Source: a virus
DNA length: 36,603 nt
Virus record (IMG/VR): IMGVR_UViG_2895706988_000001
Location: 1 to 36,603 of that record
Strand: one strand, 5' to 3'
Below the pieces are notes generated by a model, which saw nothing but the letters and a program-made list of their open reading frames with translations, had not been told where the DNA came from and searched no databases. The position numbers were made by a program, and so were the translations under genes. Position 1 is the stretch's first letter. Every line of letters starts with the position of its first letter. Below, piece by piece: positions 6,691-16,952 of the stretch.

Positions 6691-8829
6691 CTAGTTACTA
6701 ATTTGCTTCCAGTCATCTGCACTTGATGTGCCGATCGCGATATACACTGCACCTGTACCTGTCTTAGCCAGTTGCCCGATAAAAAGTGGCTTATTAGTGA
6801 TAACAGGATATAGTCCTACCTGCCCCGAAACCTCAAATCGTGCATGTTTGCCTATATGAAGCCATGTAATCGTTCCTTGTGGATTCATTTCTCCAGAACC
6901 ATGATAGGGTGGTATATCTCCAGATTTACCACTGTTCATTGCTTTATATATATAGTCACTAGCATTAATTAAAGTATCTTTTTCGTAATTAGTTTGGGCT
7001 TTAAAAGGATTTTCATTTGCGTAACCTTCTCTGACACAGCGCCATCTGTCAGGATGTCCGTCATCGATGTTATAGGCGTTGTTGTCGATAATATCTCCTC
7101 GCATATAATATCCGTTTGACGGAATTTGAGATAAAGCGATACGTTTAACGATATTTTGACCTATATTATCAAAATTATAACTCACGCCTTTCGCTAATGA
7201 AATTATAGGTTTGTCAACGATATTATCTTTAATTGTAACATCGACACATGTCTCTTGTGCAAGTACAGAATATGTGGCAAATCTTGATTTGATAAAGTTA
7301 TCAATAACTCGTACATCTTTAACATAGTTAAGCATTATCGCATATAACACGCTTGATGATTTGTTATCAATCCTGTTATCAATTATATCTACGGATTCGA
7401 TGTAGTTATCAGATGTTCCAGACATATAAATAACGTATTCTGATGTTGATTCAGAACCATGTTTAAAATCATTATCTTTAATTGTCAAATCTTTAATTCC
7501 AGGAAAAACTCCAATTTCTGGACCTTCTGCGCCTGAAAACTTATTACTTAAAATAGAAATGTTTCCCTGTCCTGTAATCAACATATTATACGCTTTATGC
7601 TCGCTTACAAGTTCGCCTTTATTATTATTATCCTTAAACACGTTACTGCTGATTACAGCATTTAATCCAGAAAAGCTCATTCCCGTTAATTTGTTATTTC
7701 GTAATATGTTATTACTCACTGTTAAATTTTCAGTAGCAGACTCGAATCCACAAGTACCATTTAACATTGATAAGTTACCTATGAATTTTCCGTCACGCGT
7801 ACCACCCATAAAATTAAATCCATTTTCTAAGCAACGAATAGCACTACTATTGATGACTGATATATGTTCAGACCACTTATAATGTCCTTCCACTTCAGGC
7901 ATTGAATTATTAGCATTGACAACGTTACCCATGATACCTTCGCCATGAACTTCTTCAGCATGACAGTTATAACATCCTGTAAATCCTATCGCCTTTGCTC
8001 GAGGGCTTGCATACCTGAATGTGCCTTTACCGTCCCACTCGCCTTTAAATTTAAATCCTCGGATGTAACAATCCTTTGCACCTATGAATGAAAATATTGT
8101 AAAAACATCTCTACCAGATGACGAACGATCGTCAATTGTTTCAAGATAATCTTTAGTGAGGCCTTTCATATTTACTAATGGAAGCCCCACACCTTCAATA
8201 ACAATATTTTGACCTGTAATAAGTACACGATAAGGGTCATCTATCGTTGTGCCTGCTGGCATTACCCAGTCATACCCATTTTCAATAGGAGCAACAACTA
8301 ATTTACCTCCACCAAGCGCTTGCAAGTAATCAATTGCACGCTGAAACCTATTTCTATCATCAGTTTCACCATCTAATCGCGGAAAGTCCTTGATTGTTAC
8401 TCCTACACCGTCAGCAAGCACGTTTAATGACTTTCTCACGTCACTTAATCCGTCTGCATTAATAGTCCCAAACTCAATCCATTTCGAGCCATCATAAATA
8501 TACTGTTTGTTCTCGTCAACGACTAATCTCAATTCTTTGAGTTCGGCTGTTACAGGTAATTCACTAAATGTTGCAACTGCGTCAGTAGGTTTAAATTCAT
8601 TTTCCGCGAGCCAATTTTGCACAATCTCGCTTGCAATAATTTCTTCGCCACGATCATCAATCACTTTTTGCACATCAGCCACATTATTGTTGAGCAACGT
8701 CAGATTACTTTTATGATTAGCAACATCGTTTTTAAGCTGTTTAGTATCTTCACCGAGTACACCAAAGTTATTATTAATAATATTCCTTGTATCATCGTTG
8801 TTGTTTACTCCGATAGGTAATATTGTCAT
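6691..8829 (-). CDS. Tail fibre/appendage protein with right-handed beta-helix (pectate-lyase-like, putative polysaccharide depolymerase)
   Basis: 712 aa. DDRNRFQRAIDYLQALGGGKLVV is typical of pectate-lyase-3/tailspike starts. Many PbH1-like repeats follow (NNILRNNKLTGMSFSG, SSNVFKDNNN, IKDNDFKHG, IIDNRIDN, VIDNFIKS). Confidence 0.75.
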   Translation of the reverse strand: MTILPIGVNNNDDTRNIINNNFGVLGEDTKQLKNDVANHKSNLTLLNNNVADVQKVIDDRGEEIIASEIVQNWLAENEFKPTDAVATFSELPVTAELKELRLVVDENKQYIYDGSKWIEFGTINADGLSDVRKSLNVLADGVGVTIKDFPRLDGETDDRNRFQRAIDYLQALGGGKLVVAPIENGYDWVMPAGTTIDDPYRVLITGQNIVIEGVGLPLVNMKGLTKDYLETIDDRSSSGRDVFTIFSFIGAKDCYIRGFKFKGEWDGKGTFRYASPRAKAIGFTGCYNCHAEEVHGEGIMGNVVNANNSMPEVEGHYKWSEHISVINSSAIRCLENGFNFMGGTRDGKFIGNLSMLNGTCGFESATENLTVSNNILRNNKLTGMSFSGLNAVISSNVFKDNNNKGELVSEHKAYNMLITGQGNISILSNKFSGAEGPEIGVFPGIKDLTIKDNDFKHGSESTSEYVIYMSGTSDNYIESVDIIDNRIDNKSSSVLYAIMLNYVKDVRVIDNFIKSRFATYSVLAQETCVDVTIKDNIVDKPIISLAKGVSYNFDNIGQNIVKRIALSQIPSNGYYMRGDIIDNNAYNIDDGHPDRWRCVREGYANENPFKAQTNYEKDTLINASDYIYKAMNSGKSGDIPPYHGSGEMNPQGTITWLHIGKHARFEVSGQVGLYPVITNKPLFIGQLAKTGTGAVYIAIGTSSADDWKQISN

Positions 8830-8850
8830 TCATCCATCCTCCTTATATGT

Positions 8851-9687
8851 TTAATCGTACAAAAATTTAATTCTTACATATAATCTAAACTTTGCTGGGC
8901 CTCTTACTTCCCAATTATTCCAACCTTCAGATACTTCTAAAAAAGTAAAATTCGTATCACCAAGTGCGTTGATTCCATTTAACGTGACATCGCTACCTTT
9001 AATCAAAAGAATATCTCCGGCCTTTACAGCTTTGTTATATCTAAATGTATTCTTGCCATCATAAATTTCAACAAATTGTGCGTCCTGATCAATCAATAAA
9101 TGGATATAAAAATCTTTTTCCCTTATCAATTTTATTGACGTATCACCAATATTTAAAAAGCGAGGTTGTTCATTTGTAAAGCGATATTTCCGGGTGCTTG
9201 CATCTGTAAGAATTCCCATGCCAGCAGACCATTTACCAGTGAACTGAGCGCCTTCATCGTTAAGAGTCAATGATGTATATAATGATCGTTTGAATGGTGT
9301 ATCTAGTACTTTTAAAGGTATCTCTGATAATCCCCATCGTGTGATAGGTCTGTCTACGTTGTAGTTACCGTCAACTATTACTTTCAGCAGCTTATGTGGT
9401 TGATACTGTTCAGCGATATAGAACGCACCTAAACGTCTGAAAAATTTATACACTGTATCGCGTTTGAGTCGCCAATCTTCTGTATCTTTTGCAGTAGCAA
9501 GTATATTAATTGATACTTCCCTGTCTTTCGCAATTACTTTATATAGTTGGTCTGTTCGTGTCGTTTGAGTATAAATGTTTTCATGTTTGATAGGACCGAT
9601 ATTAATATCCAATCCTTTAATTCCATAACCTAATTGATCTAAAGGAAGGGGGACTTCCTTAAAGTTCAAATCATATATTTTAAACAT
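8851..9687 (-). CDS. Distal tail protein (Dit, siphovirus tail family)
   Basis: 278 aa, immediately after the tape measure and overlapping its stop. The sequence is typical of Sipho_tail proteins. Confidence 0.8.
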   Translation of the reverse strand: MFKIYDLNFKEVPLPLDQLGYGIKGLDINIGPIKHENIYTQTTRTDQLYKVIAKDREVSINILATAKDTEDWRLKRDTVYKFFRRLGAFYIAEQYQPHKLLKVIVDGNYNVDRPITRWGLSEIPLKVLDTPFKRSLYTSLTLNDEGAQFTGKWSAGMGILTDASTRKYRFTNEQPRFLNIGDTSIKLIREKDFYIHLLIDQDAQFVEIYDGKNTFRYNKAVKAGDILLIKGSDVTLNGINALGDTNFTFLEVSEGWNNWEVRGPAKFRLYVRIKFLYD

Positions 9688-12600
9688 AGTTTAATCTCCC
9701 CCTTTTAATATTATTCATAGATGCATTTTTAGCATTGTATTTGTCATTCGCTCTACCAATATCATCAGTAGATAATATCGGTTTAGCTTCAATACCTGTT
9801 AACTTTTGAAGCATTTCCATCAATATACCATTCTGCTGAAGTACTGCATTTAACAGTTCATCATTAGATGAATTAGGCATATTTAATTGATTAGGTCGCT
9901 TATTACCTATCGTTGCATTACCTTGTATTTGATTAGCAGCCATAGCAATCATCTGCATTGCTTCACTTCGTCTAGCTGGATCTGTTGGAATTACCCATTC
10001 AGGATAACCACCTTCAGCAATGTTATACCAACCGCTTCTTTTAATTAAGCCACCTGTAGCAAATCGTCTACTTCCAGTTGGCCCCCATCCACTTCTACCG
10101 CCTGGATTATCTCTTCTCCAATTTGAGTTATTGAAGAATGCGAGCAATTGGTCATAACCACTTCTAATATTGGTATGTCCTTTAACTGCATACGCTCTAA
10201 ACGTCTGTGGAATGTATTGTAATAAACCTTGCGCAGGATTTCCGCTTGCAGTGTTCACATCCCAGACTGCAGAAGATTGAACAATATTCTGATTACCACT
10301 CGATTCACGCATGATTTGAGCGTTAATTGCACTTACGTCTGCTTCTGTGATAGATACTTTCATCTGTCTTGCAGCACGTCTGATTTCAGATGACCACTTC
10401 TTACCTACTGTATCCTTACCACCAACACCCGATAAGAATTTCTCTGGATCGATTGTGTTTGCATTTGTGATAGAAGGTGATGCACCTTTTTCTACTTGGT
10501 AATGTAAGTGAGGACCTGTCGTCCATGCTCCACTGTTACCTGTCTTAGCGAATGCTTCGCCTTTTTTAACAGGACCTGTTTTCAATACTTCAGATAAATG
10601 TAGGAAGAACTGAGTAAACTTTCCACTTAATAACTTAGCAACTAATCCTCCACCATGATTGTGTTGTCGAGCTACTGTACCTGCTGTTGGTGCTTTAAGT
10701 ACTGTTCCAACAGGTGTCGCATAGTCAATACCAAAGTGCTTACCACCGTTAAATGATGATGGATAGCCCGGTACTGCTCCGTTTGGACTGTATGGCGTTG
10801 TTTTCGTAAACTTAGTGAACGATGAGCCATCGCCACCCCCACCACCGTCATCAAGCCATGTTGTAAATAAGGCTTTGACGCTACCTTTCAACTTCTTATA
10901 CATACCTTTCATTAAGCCACCTAAAATGTCGCCTTTTACAAAACTAAAGTCAACACCGAACGCTTTAAGGACTTTATCGACTAACTTACCAGGATTCGTT
11001 GCAAAATCGTAAACATCGCCAATTGCATCAAGTGCCTGTTTACCAATTGCTTTAGCACCCTTAATCGTTTTGCCTGCAAAGTCTTTCGTTGCATCTACAC
11101 CACTATTCCAAGTCTTTCCTACAGCATCTCCTAACTGATTGTAGAATGGTTTTTTATCTGTTCCGTTAGCAAAACGTGGCGAGTTGAGATAGTTATAAGT
11201 GTCTTGACCATTGATAACTTGTGAACCTTTAGGCAGGAATGCTTTAGTATCTCTATTAGGTGTGAGTACTGTTTTCCCATTTGGATAACGTATCATTTCA
11301 TGTCTAAAGCCATTAGGACCGTTGCCACGACCTTTATCGCCAACAGTAGCAAATGTATCACGCGTAAGTTTACCGTTGCGTGTGAGTGAGCCTGTGCCTG
11401 TACTCAACTTCATAGATGGTATCTTATCCATACCAAGTTTAGCACCAACCCAATTGACGCCACCGATTAACTTGTTAAGTCCTTTTTTTACACCTTTAGT
11501 CATACCACCGATGTGATCTTTGATTTTATCGATGTGTTTTTTAATCCCATCTTTCATGCCACTGAATATGCCTGTAACCTTTTTCTTCATCGCTTCTGCT
11601 TTACCAACAGTGTTCTCTTTAATAGTGTTCCACAGATTGCTCATCGTGTTCTTTAACTTTGTGAACGTATCTCTACCAAAGTTGAATATTCTACTGAAAC
11701 TATTTTTAACACCACTCCAAATTCTTCCGAGCGATGCACTAAATACGTTTTTGATTCCGTTCCAAATTGCCGAGAAGAAATTTTTTAATGCGTTGAATAT
11801 ACTCTTACCGATATTGAAGATGTTGGTAAATGCTCGCTTAGAAGTGTTGAACACTAATGATAATGCTGTACTGAATATCTTCTTAACAGCGTTCCATATT
11901 CCGTTGAATAATCCCTTAAATAATCCACCGAAGGCTTTCACAGTTTTTAGTATCTTGCCAACGAACCACAAGTTGATTAAATTCCAAACTAGCTGTACTG
12001 CACCTTTAACAACTTGCTTAATACCTTCCCACATGCCTTTCCAATTTCCTGTGAAAAGACTAGAGAACACTTTAATAACACCCATAATTATTTTTAAAGC
12101 GCCTTGAATAACACCTTTAATGTTATTCCATGTAGATACGACTAACGCTTTAACAAGTTTCCACACAACGCTCATAACGGTTTGTATAACCTTCATACCA
12201 ACTTTTATTACAGGTAATATCAGCGTATTAAATACAGTACTGATAACAGTATATATCGCCATGAATATCGTCTTAAATACATTGAATATATTTGTGAGTG
12301 CTTGCTTGATTTCAGCGCCATTCTTATTCCAGAATTCACTGATTTGATTACCGATTTGAGTTGCGAATCCTGATATTGCACCGACAATCGATTTAAACGT
12401 ATTCACGATGCCATCAGTGAAAGGTTTGATGAAGTTTAAGAATTTTTGGAATGTCTGTTTAACTGTGTTTACTACACCGTTCACAATGTTCCTAAATGTT
12501 TCAGACTTCTTATAAGCAATGACAAACGCTACACCGAGTGCTGCAATCGCTGCGACTGCTATTCCGATTGGACCGGTTAAGACTGCGAACGCTGCCTTTA

Positions 12601-14284
12601 ATATTGGTAACTTAGTGAGTATAGGTGCTAACTTAGTACTTAAAAACCCGAACATTCCACCTGCTGCATTGACTGCACCAATCATAGGACCTAATGTAGT
12701 CATCGCACTACCTATCACAGATATAAAAGCGCCCATTCCGAAAGCGATTGGTCCTATTGCAGCTGCGAGAACTCCGAACGCAACAGTGACAACCTGTAAC
12801 CAGTGAGGCATTGCACCTAATTTATCAACGACACCAGCCATCATATCAGCGAGCCATCGCATAGCTGGTGATAATATGGAACCTATCTGAATACCTAAAG
12901 ATTCAATCGCTCCGCCTAACTGTTCTAATGAACCTTTTAAATTATTCTTCATCTGATCAGCAGCTTTTTTACTCGCACCATCAGATTCTTCTAAACCTTT
13001 AGTCATTTTTCGTATTTTATCAGGTCCTTGTTCCATTAATACGAGCATACCTGATACCGCTTCTTTACCAACAAGTTGAGATATATTTGCAGCTTTTTGA
13101 GTATCTGTCATACCTTCCATTGAAGCAGATAAATTTTCGACAAGCTGCGCTAACCCAACGAAGTTTCCTTCTGCGTCAGTTATTTCTATTCCCATCTTAT
13201 CCATCAGTTTTGAGTTCTCTTCTGACGGGTCTAATAAACCTAGTAATGCACCACGCAATGTAGTACCTGCTTGTTCACCTTTTAACCCTGCATCAACCAT
13301 CATACCGATTCCAGCTGATGTTTCTTCTAATGACATCCCTAGTGCTTTAGCAGGTGCTGCAGCGTATTTCAGTGCATACTCCATATCTGTAATGTCTGCC
13401 GCTGATTGGTTAGCAGTCTGAGCGAGAATATCTGCTATGTGAGTTGACTCACTCGCTTCTAATCCGAAAGCGTTCATCGCACTTGCCATTACTTTAGAAG
13501 TTTGCGCCATGTCTGCACCAGACGCTTCAGCAGCAGCAATTACTCCAGGCATCGCACCCATAATCTCTTTAGAATTAAAGCCCATTGCTGCAAGCTCTTC
13601 CATTCCAATCGCTACTTCTTGTGCACTCTTACTCGTGTTAGCACCTAGTTCAACCGCTTGATCTGACATAGCTTTCAGGTCACTTTTACTCGATTGAGAT
13701 ATTGCGCCAACTCTCGCCATCTGTGCTTCAAAATCTGCTGCAGTCTTAACTGATAAACCAAATCCTGCAGCGATTGGTGCAGTCACGTACATAGACATAG
13801 ACTGACCAATGTTTTTCATTTGGTCTCCTATCCCTGTTAATCGTGGCCCCATTTCATCAAACTTCTTCGAAAGACTTCCTAATCTTGTATTTGCAAGCGA
13901 CTGTTCTTTGTTAAATGCTACAAACTCATTCTTAGTATTTTCATACTGTCTTTCTAAGGCATTCAATGCATCTGCCTGTCTGTTATATTCCTGTCGAATT
14001 TGCGAAGCTTCTCTAGTATGCGATTTACCTGCATTAGTCAGCTCATCTAATTTCTTTTTAAGTCCATCAACGTTTTTACGTTGACCCTGCATTGTTTTAT
14101 CTAAGTCACGAATAGCATTTTTGTAACTGTCTACGCTTTTTTCTGTGAATTTGAAGTTATTAAGATTTGTTTTCAAAGAACTGTTTAAATCTCTGAATGA
14201 GCGTTTAATTGCTCCTAGTGATCTATCTATTCCTGTTGAATCCAAATCTAATCCAATACTTAAACCTCTAATTCTTTCTGCCAT
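9680..14284 (-). CDS. Tape measure protein with C-terminal M23 peptidase and lytic transglycosylase domains
   Basis: 1534 aa from ATG 14284 (RBS AGGTGGAG). The ORF-track start 14308 is an upstream TTG. M23 motifs GKHFGIDY...GPHLHYQV map to about nt 10480-10750. SLT motifs IMRESSGNQ...GLLQYIP map to about nt 10150-10350. Confidence 0.92.
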   Translation of the reverse strand: MAERIRGLSIGLDLDSTGIDRSLGAIKRSFRDLNSSLKTNLNNFKFTEKSVDSYKNAIRDLDKTMQGQRKNVDGLKKKLDELTNAGKSHTREASQIRQEYNRQADALNALERQYENTKNEFVAFNKEQSLANTRLGSLSKKFDEMGPRLTGIGDQMKNIGQSMSMYVTAPIAAGFGLSVKTAADFEAQMARVGAISQSSKSDLKAMSDQAVELGANTSKSAQEVAIGMEELAAMGFNSKEIMGAMPGVIAAAEASGADMAQTSKVMASAMNAFGLEASESTHIADILAQTANQSAADITDMEYALKYAAAPAKALGMSLEETSAGIGMMVDAGLKGEQAGTTLRGALLGLLDPSEENSKLMDKMGIEITDAEGNFVGLAQLVENLSASMEGMTDTQKAANISQLVGKEAVSGMLVLMEQGPDKIRKMTKGLEESDGASKKAADQMKNNLKGSLEQLGGAIESLGIQIGSILSPAMRWLADMMAGVVDKLGAMPHWLQVVTVAFGVLAAAIGPIAFGMGAFISVIGSAMTTLGPMIGAVNAAGGMFGFLSTKLAPILTKLPILKAAFAVLTGPIGIAVAAIAALGVAFVIAYKKSETFRNIVNGVVNTVKQTFQKFLNFIKPFTDGIVNTFKSIVGAISGFATQIGNQISEFWNKNGAEIKQALTNIFNVFKTIFMAIYTVISTVFNTLILPVIKVGMKVIQTVMSVVWKLVKALVVSTWNNIKGVIQGALKIIMGVIKVFSSLFTGNWKGMWEGIKQVVKGAVQLVWNLINLWFVGKILKTVKAFGGLFKGLFNGIWNAVKKIFSTALSLVFNTSKRAFTNIFNIGKSIFNALKNFFSAIWNGIKNVFSASLGRIWSGVKNSFSRIFNFGRDTFTKLKNTMSNLWNTIKENTVGKAEAMKKKVTGIFSGMKDGIKKHIDKIKDHIGGMTKGVKKGLNKLIGGVNWVGAKLGMDKIPSMKLSTGTGSLTRNGKLTRDTFATVGDKGRGNGPNGFRHEMIRYPNGKTVLTPNRDTKAFLPKGSQVINGQDTYNYLNSPRFANGTDKKPFYNQLGDAVGKTWNSGVDATKDFAGKTIKGAKAIGKQALDAIGDVYDFATNPGKLVDKVLKAFGVDFSFVKGDILGGLMKGMYKKLKGSVKALFTTWLDDGGGGGDGSSFTKFTKTTPYSPNGAVPGYPSSFNGGKHFGIDYATPVGTVLKAPTAGTVARQHNHGGGLVAKLLSGKFTQFFLHLSEVLKTGPVKKGEAFAKTGNSGAWTTGPHLHYQVEKGASPSITNANTIDPEKFLSGVGGKDTVGKKWSSEIRRAARQMKVSITEADVSAINAQIMRESSGNQNIVQSSAVWDVNTASGNPAQGLLQYIPQTFRAYAVKGHTNIRSGYDQLLAFFNNSNWRRDNPGGRSGWGPTGSRRFATGGLIKRSGWYNIAEGGYPEWVIPTDPARRSEAMQMIAMAANQIQGNATIGNKRPNQLNMPNSSNDELLNAVLQQNGILMEMLQKLTGIEAKPILSTDDIGRANDKYNAKNASMNNIKRGRLNYV

Positions 14285-14317
14285 TTCTCCACCTACCTTT
14301 TCAAACAAAAAAAGCCG

Positions 14318-14853
14318 TTAACCGCCGAACGCGGCAATTAACGACTTTACTTGTTTAGGTTTATTTTTTTCTTCGATGACCTCCAAGAAAAAATGGAATG
14401 GCATATCTAGAATTTCATTGATATCTTTATCAGAATCCTGCATTAAATCATATATCAACTTCTTTAAGTTAGATTTATGCTGTTCTAATGTAATCGGTTC
14501 TAGATCATCTTCGCTAATTCCTTTTTTCTCGCTTCATCCATTTTCCCTTGTACTACCCATTCCATCTGTTCCATTAATTCAACACCGGCATCTGGTGAAT
14601 GTAGTCCTTCTAGCAACTCATTTTTAGTGAACTGTTTTCCATAAATATCAACAACCATATCTAACATCATATCCATTTGTTCTCTTTCTGTTAGATTGTT
14701 ATTGTTTTCTAATTCGTTCTGTATGTCAGTTGCATCATAAATTTTTCTTAATGGAATAAATGATGGTGTAACGAAAGTTTTGAATTTCGGTTCTGCGTTC
14801 TTTTCTACTACTTCTTGTACATTTTCTACTAATTTAATAAAGTTTCTTTTCAT
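14318..14853 (-). CDS. Tail assembly chaperone frameshift product (gpGT-like, -1 PRF)
   Basis: After a -1 slip at A_AAA_AAG the frame stays open for 68 more codons (GISEDDLEPITLEQHKSNL...SLIAAFGG) to the stop at 14318-14320. Confidence 0.8.
14500..14853 (-). CDS. Tail assembly chaperone (gpG-like)
   Basis: 117 aa, acidic, between the major tail and tape measure genes. Confidence 0.85.
   Translation of the reverse strand: MKRNFIKLVENVQEVVEKNAEPKFKTFVTPSFIPLRKIYDATDIQNELENNNNLTEREQMDMMLDMVVDIYGKQFTKNELLEGLHSPDAGVELMEQMEWVVQGKMDEARKKELAKMI
14521..14527 (-). promoter_or_regulatory. Slippery heptamer A_AAA_AAG for -1 programmed ribosomal frameshift
   Basis: Minus strand reads gcg aga aaa aag gaa, 7 codons before the zero-frame stop. 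Confidence 0.8.
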
Positions 14854-14878
14854 GTTTATATACCTGCCTTTTTATATT

Positions 14879-15073
14879 TTATAAATTAAATGTTTCTTTT
14901 AATGTTTTCTTGAAATCATCTGCACTTGTATCAACGTTATTGATCACTGCATAAGCATTTACTAAACTATCTAAGTTATCTCGCTCTAGTACTGCTCCTT
15001 TGTGCTGCACTAAGATACTCGCATTGTTATAAATACCTTCGAGTAACTTCTTGTTTACTTTCTGTTTATCCAT
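14879..15073 (-). CDS. Hypothetical small tail-region protein
   Basis: 64-aa ORF between the major tail and chaperone genes. Confidence 0.6.
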   Translation of the reverse strand: MDKQKVNKKLLEGIYNNASILVQHKGAVLERDNLDSLVNAYAVINNVDTSADDFKKTLKETFNL

Positions 15074-15107
15074 GTATATGTCTCCTTAATTTTGCAAAAT
15101 TATCAAT

Positions 15108-15142
15108 CAAAAGATTGAAGGTACTCAAATTAATGAGTACCT
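15108..15142 (-). terminator. Attenuator-like hairpin just after the major tail gene
   Basis: Perfect 9-bp stem aggtactca/tgagtacct (15119-15142), followed on the minus strand by UCAAUCUUUUG. Confidence 0.5.
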
Positions 15143-15148
15143 AGTGTG

Positions 15149-15763
15149 TTACGCGCCTGGTAAAGCTTCTGTTTCAGTTGGATATGCTACACCGAAGATT
15201 GCTAAGAAAATCGCATCACGTGCAGTTGTTGAACCTTTTTCATCTTTACCGAAAATAACAGATTTTTCTTCTGTAAATCCTGTAACTTTACGGTCCATGA
15301 ATTCAGCTTTCATGTTGTCGCTAGTGAATTCTACGCCATCTTCTTTTGTTTTAGAGCTTTGTTCAGGCTTCGTAAATTTACCTTTAGGAAGTCCAACCCA
15401 CTCTTTTGAGCCATCTTCATGTGTTTTAGCAAATACCGCCCCAACGTATGGTGGATTATCAGTGTTACCGAAAGCGTAAAGCCCTGCTTCGTTCTTCTCT
15501 AAACCAAATAATACAATCTTATCTTCAACCGGCAACTTATGGAATTGTGATTCAACTTCAACCGGTCCATTAGATGTCGCCATTTCAGCCACTTTGTTAT
15601 CTCCATATGCTTTTTCGATAGATTGCTCTTGTGATACCGTAATTTCCTGTAAAAACTTAATGCGTTCTGGTGCAGTACCAACGATTTTTGTTTCATCAGT
15701 AGTATCTAATACACCATAGTAAAACTCATCAATACCAGTGGTTGCATGGTAATTTTTAGCCAT
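15149..15763 (-). CDS. Major tail protein
   Basis: 204 aa. Position and N-terminus (AKNYHATTGIDEFYYGVL) fit phi13-type major tail proteins. Confidence 0.8.
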   Translation of the reverse strand: MAKNYHATTGIDEFYYGVLDTTDETKIVGTAPERIKFLQEITVSQEQSIEKAYGDNKVAEMATSNGPVEVESQFHKLPVEDKIVLFGLEKNEAGLYAFGNTDNPPYVGAVFAKTHEDGSKEWVGLPKGKFTKPEQSSKTKEDGVEFTSDNMKAEFMDRKVTGFTEEKSVIFGKDEKGSTTARDAIFLAIFGVAYPTETEALPGA

Positions 15764-15776
15764 ATATAAATTCCTC

Positions 15777-16193
15777 CTAATTGTTCATTAAATTTTTTCT
15801 ATAAAAAATACCCTCGTACCTTTTAGCACGACGGTATATTTTTAGTTCCTTATCATATTCAGGTTGTGAATTTGATACGTTTTCCATTTCTAATTGCTTT
15901 TTGATCAGTCTCGAAATGTAATAACTTAAATCCTTACAGACTTCTCTCGCATTGTAACTTGTTGAAAGTGGTGCATATACGTCTACCTGGATAAGATAAC
16001 TTAATGCAAGATTATCGTTATCTGCGTATTCTCTAGGTAACGTATCATCTACTTCACTCATTACAATGTAAGGTCTCGTTTGTTGTGATGGTTCTGGATA
16101 GTTATCAATCTTAATACTTTTGTTATCGACTAAAGATTTAACATAGGTATCTGCTGAAAGTAATATATATAATTCCATTAATATATCTCTCAT
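15777..16193 (-). CDS. Tail completion / head-tail joining protein (position-based)
   Basis: 138 aa. Its ATG overlaps the upstream stop (ATGA coupling). Confidence 0.55.
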   Translation of the reverse strand: MRDILMELYILLSADTYVKSLVDNKSIKIDNYPEPSQQTRPYIVMSEVDDTLPREYADNDNLALSYLIQVDVYAPLSTSYNAREVCKDLSYYISRLIKKQLEMENVSNSQPEYDKELKIYRRAKRYEGIFYRKNLMNN

Positions 16194-16585
16194 CGCACAT
16201 ACCTACTTATTTCTTTATTTAATACATCGTAGTATTCATTTTGTGCTGCACGTAACGCTCTTTCTACAGCACCTTTCCCTTTTGGATTAGGATTCTTAAT
16301 AGTACCGAATTCATTCAAGTGAATAATTCTGAAACGATTATGAGGACCGCGCCAATGAATCTTTATCGTACGCTTACCGTTTAACCACATTGGATTACTT
16401 GCAGTGATTTCATCACGTGAATAACCTGTATCAGCGAATTCATCAAAGTTATCTCTTAAGTACTTGATGAATACTTTAGATCCAGATATCAAAGCCTTAT
16501 CAATCCATCGTGTAGTATGCGCCCTGCCAAATTTTGAATTCAATTGTGACTCGAGTTCAGACAGTCCATTTACTTTAACCGACAT
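16190..16585 (-). CDS. HK97 gp10-family tail component
   Basis: 131 aa. The N-terminus MSVKVNGLSELESQL is typical of the gp10 family. Confidence 0.7.
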   Translation of the reverse strand: MSVKVNGLSELESQLNSKFGRAHTTRWIDKALISGSKVFIKYLRDNFDEFADTGYSRDEITASNPMWLNGKRTIKIHWRGPHNRFRIIHLNEFGTIKNPNPKGKGAVERALRAAQNEYYDVLNKEISRYVR

Positions 16586-16952
16586 ATGCTACACCTACAA
16601 TCTTCATAAACTCGTTTGATTCTCCTGTTAGTGAGAAGTGTTCAATATTAAACTTGATTCCTTCATACATCTCATCTAAAATTTCAAACACATCTGAACT
16701 ATCTACTTGATAATCTTTACGTGGGTTTCTGAAATTTAAGCTAATAATATGTTTTGAATCTGTACCTTTTAAACGTTCTAAATCTTTAATACTCGATTCA
16801 TATACGTCTGCTAATGTCATGAACACTTCTTGTTCACTAACAGTTGGATATGGTCCATCATCTGTTACAGTACGATAAAACTTAACTGGTACATTTAAGT
16901 CTCCATTAGATACTTTCGGACGGTTGTATTTCTGGATCATAATCTTTGTCAT
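16575..16952 (-). CDS. Head closure / head-tail adaptor protein
   Basis: ATG at 16952 is preceded by GGAGGAGG. The ORF-track start 16958 is a TTG. 125 aa. Confidence 0.7.
   Translation of the reverse strand: MTKIMIQKYNRPKVSNGDLNVPVKFYRTVTDDGPYPTVSEQEVFMTLADVYESSIKDLERLKGTDSKHIISLNFRNPRKDYQVDSSDVFEILDEMYEGIKFNIEHFSLTGESNEFMKIVGVAYVG

Noticed and set aside
10815-14084. Series of plus-strand ORFs (for example 11520-12107, 12519-12806, 13809-14084) opposite the tape measure gene
   Set aside because: They are antisense shadows of a 4.6-kb ORF with biased composition. They have no RBS, give low-complexity translations, and would break the collinear tail module. The same reasoning applies to the antisense ORFs at 4557-4778, 7559-7882, 8507-8820, 19623-19946, 20707-21003, 21778-22125, 23791-24096 and 28958-29320.
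14311-14345. Hairpin plus T-run between the chaperone extension and the tape measure start
   Set aside because: The stem is short and bulged (ccgc/gcgg plus ttaa), and the T-run is separated from it by CGGC. A terminator here would uncouple the TMP from its operon. It is probably just the 3' end of the frameshift ORF.
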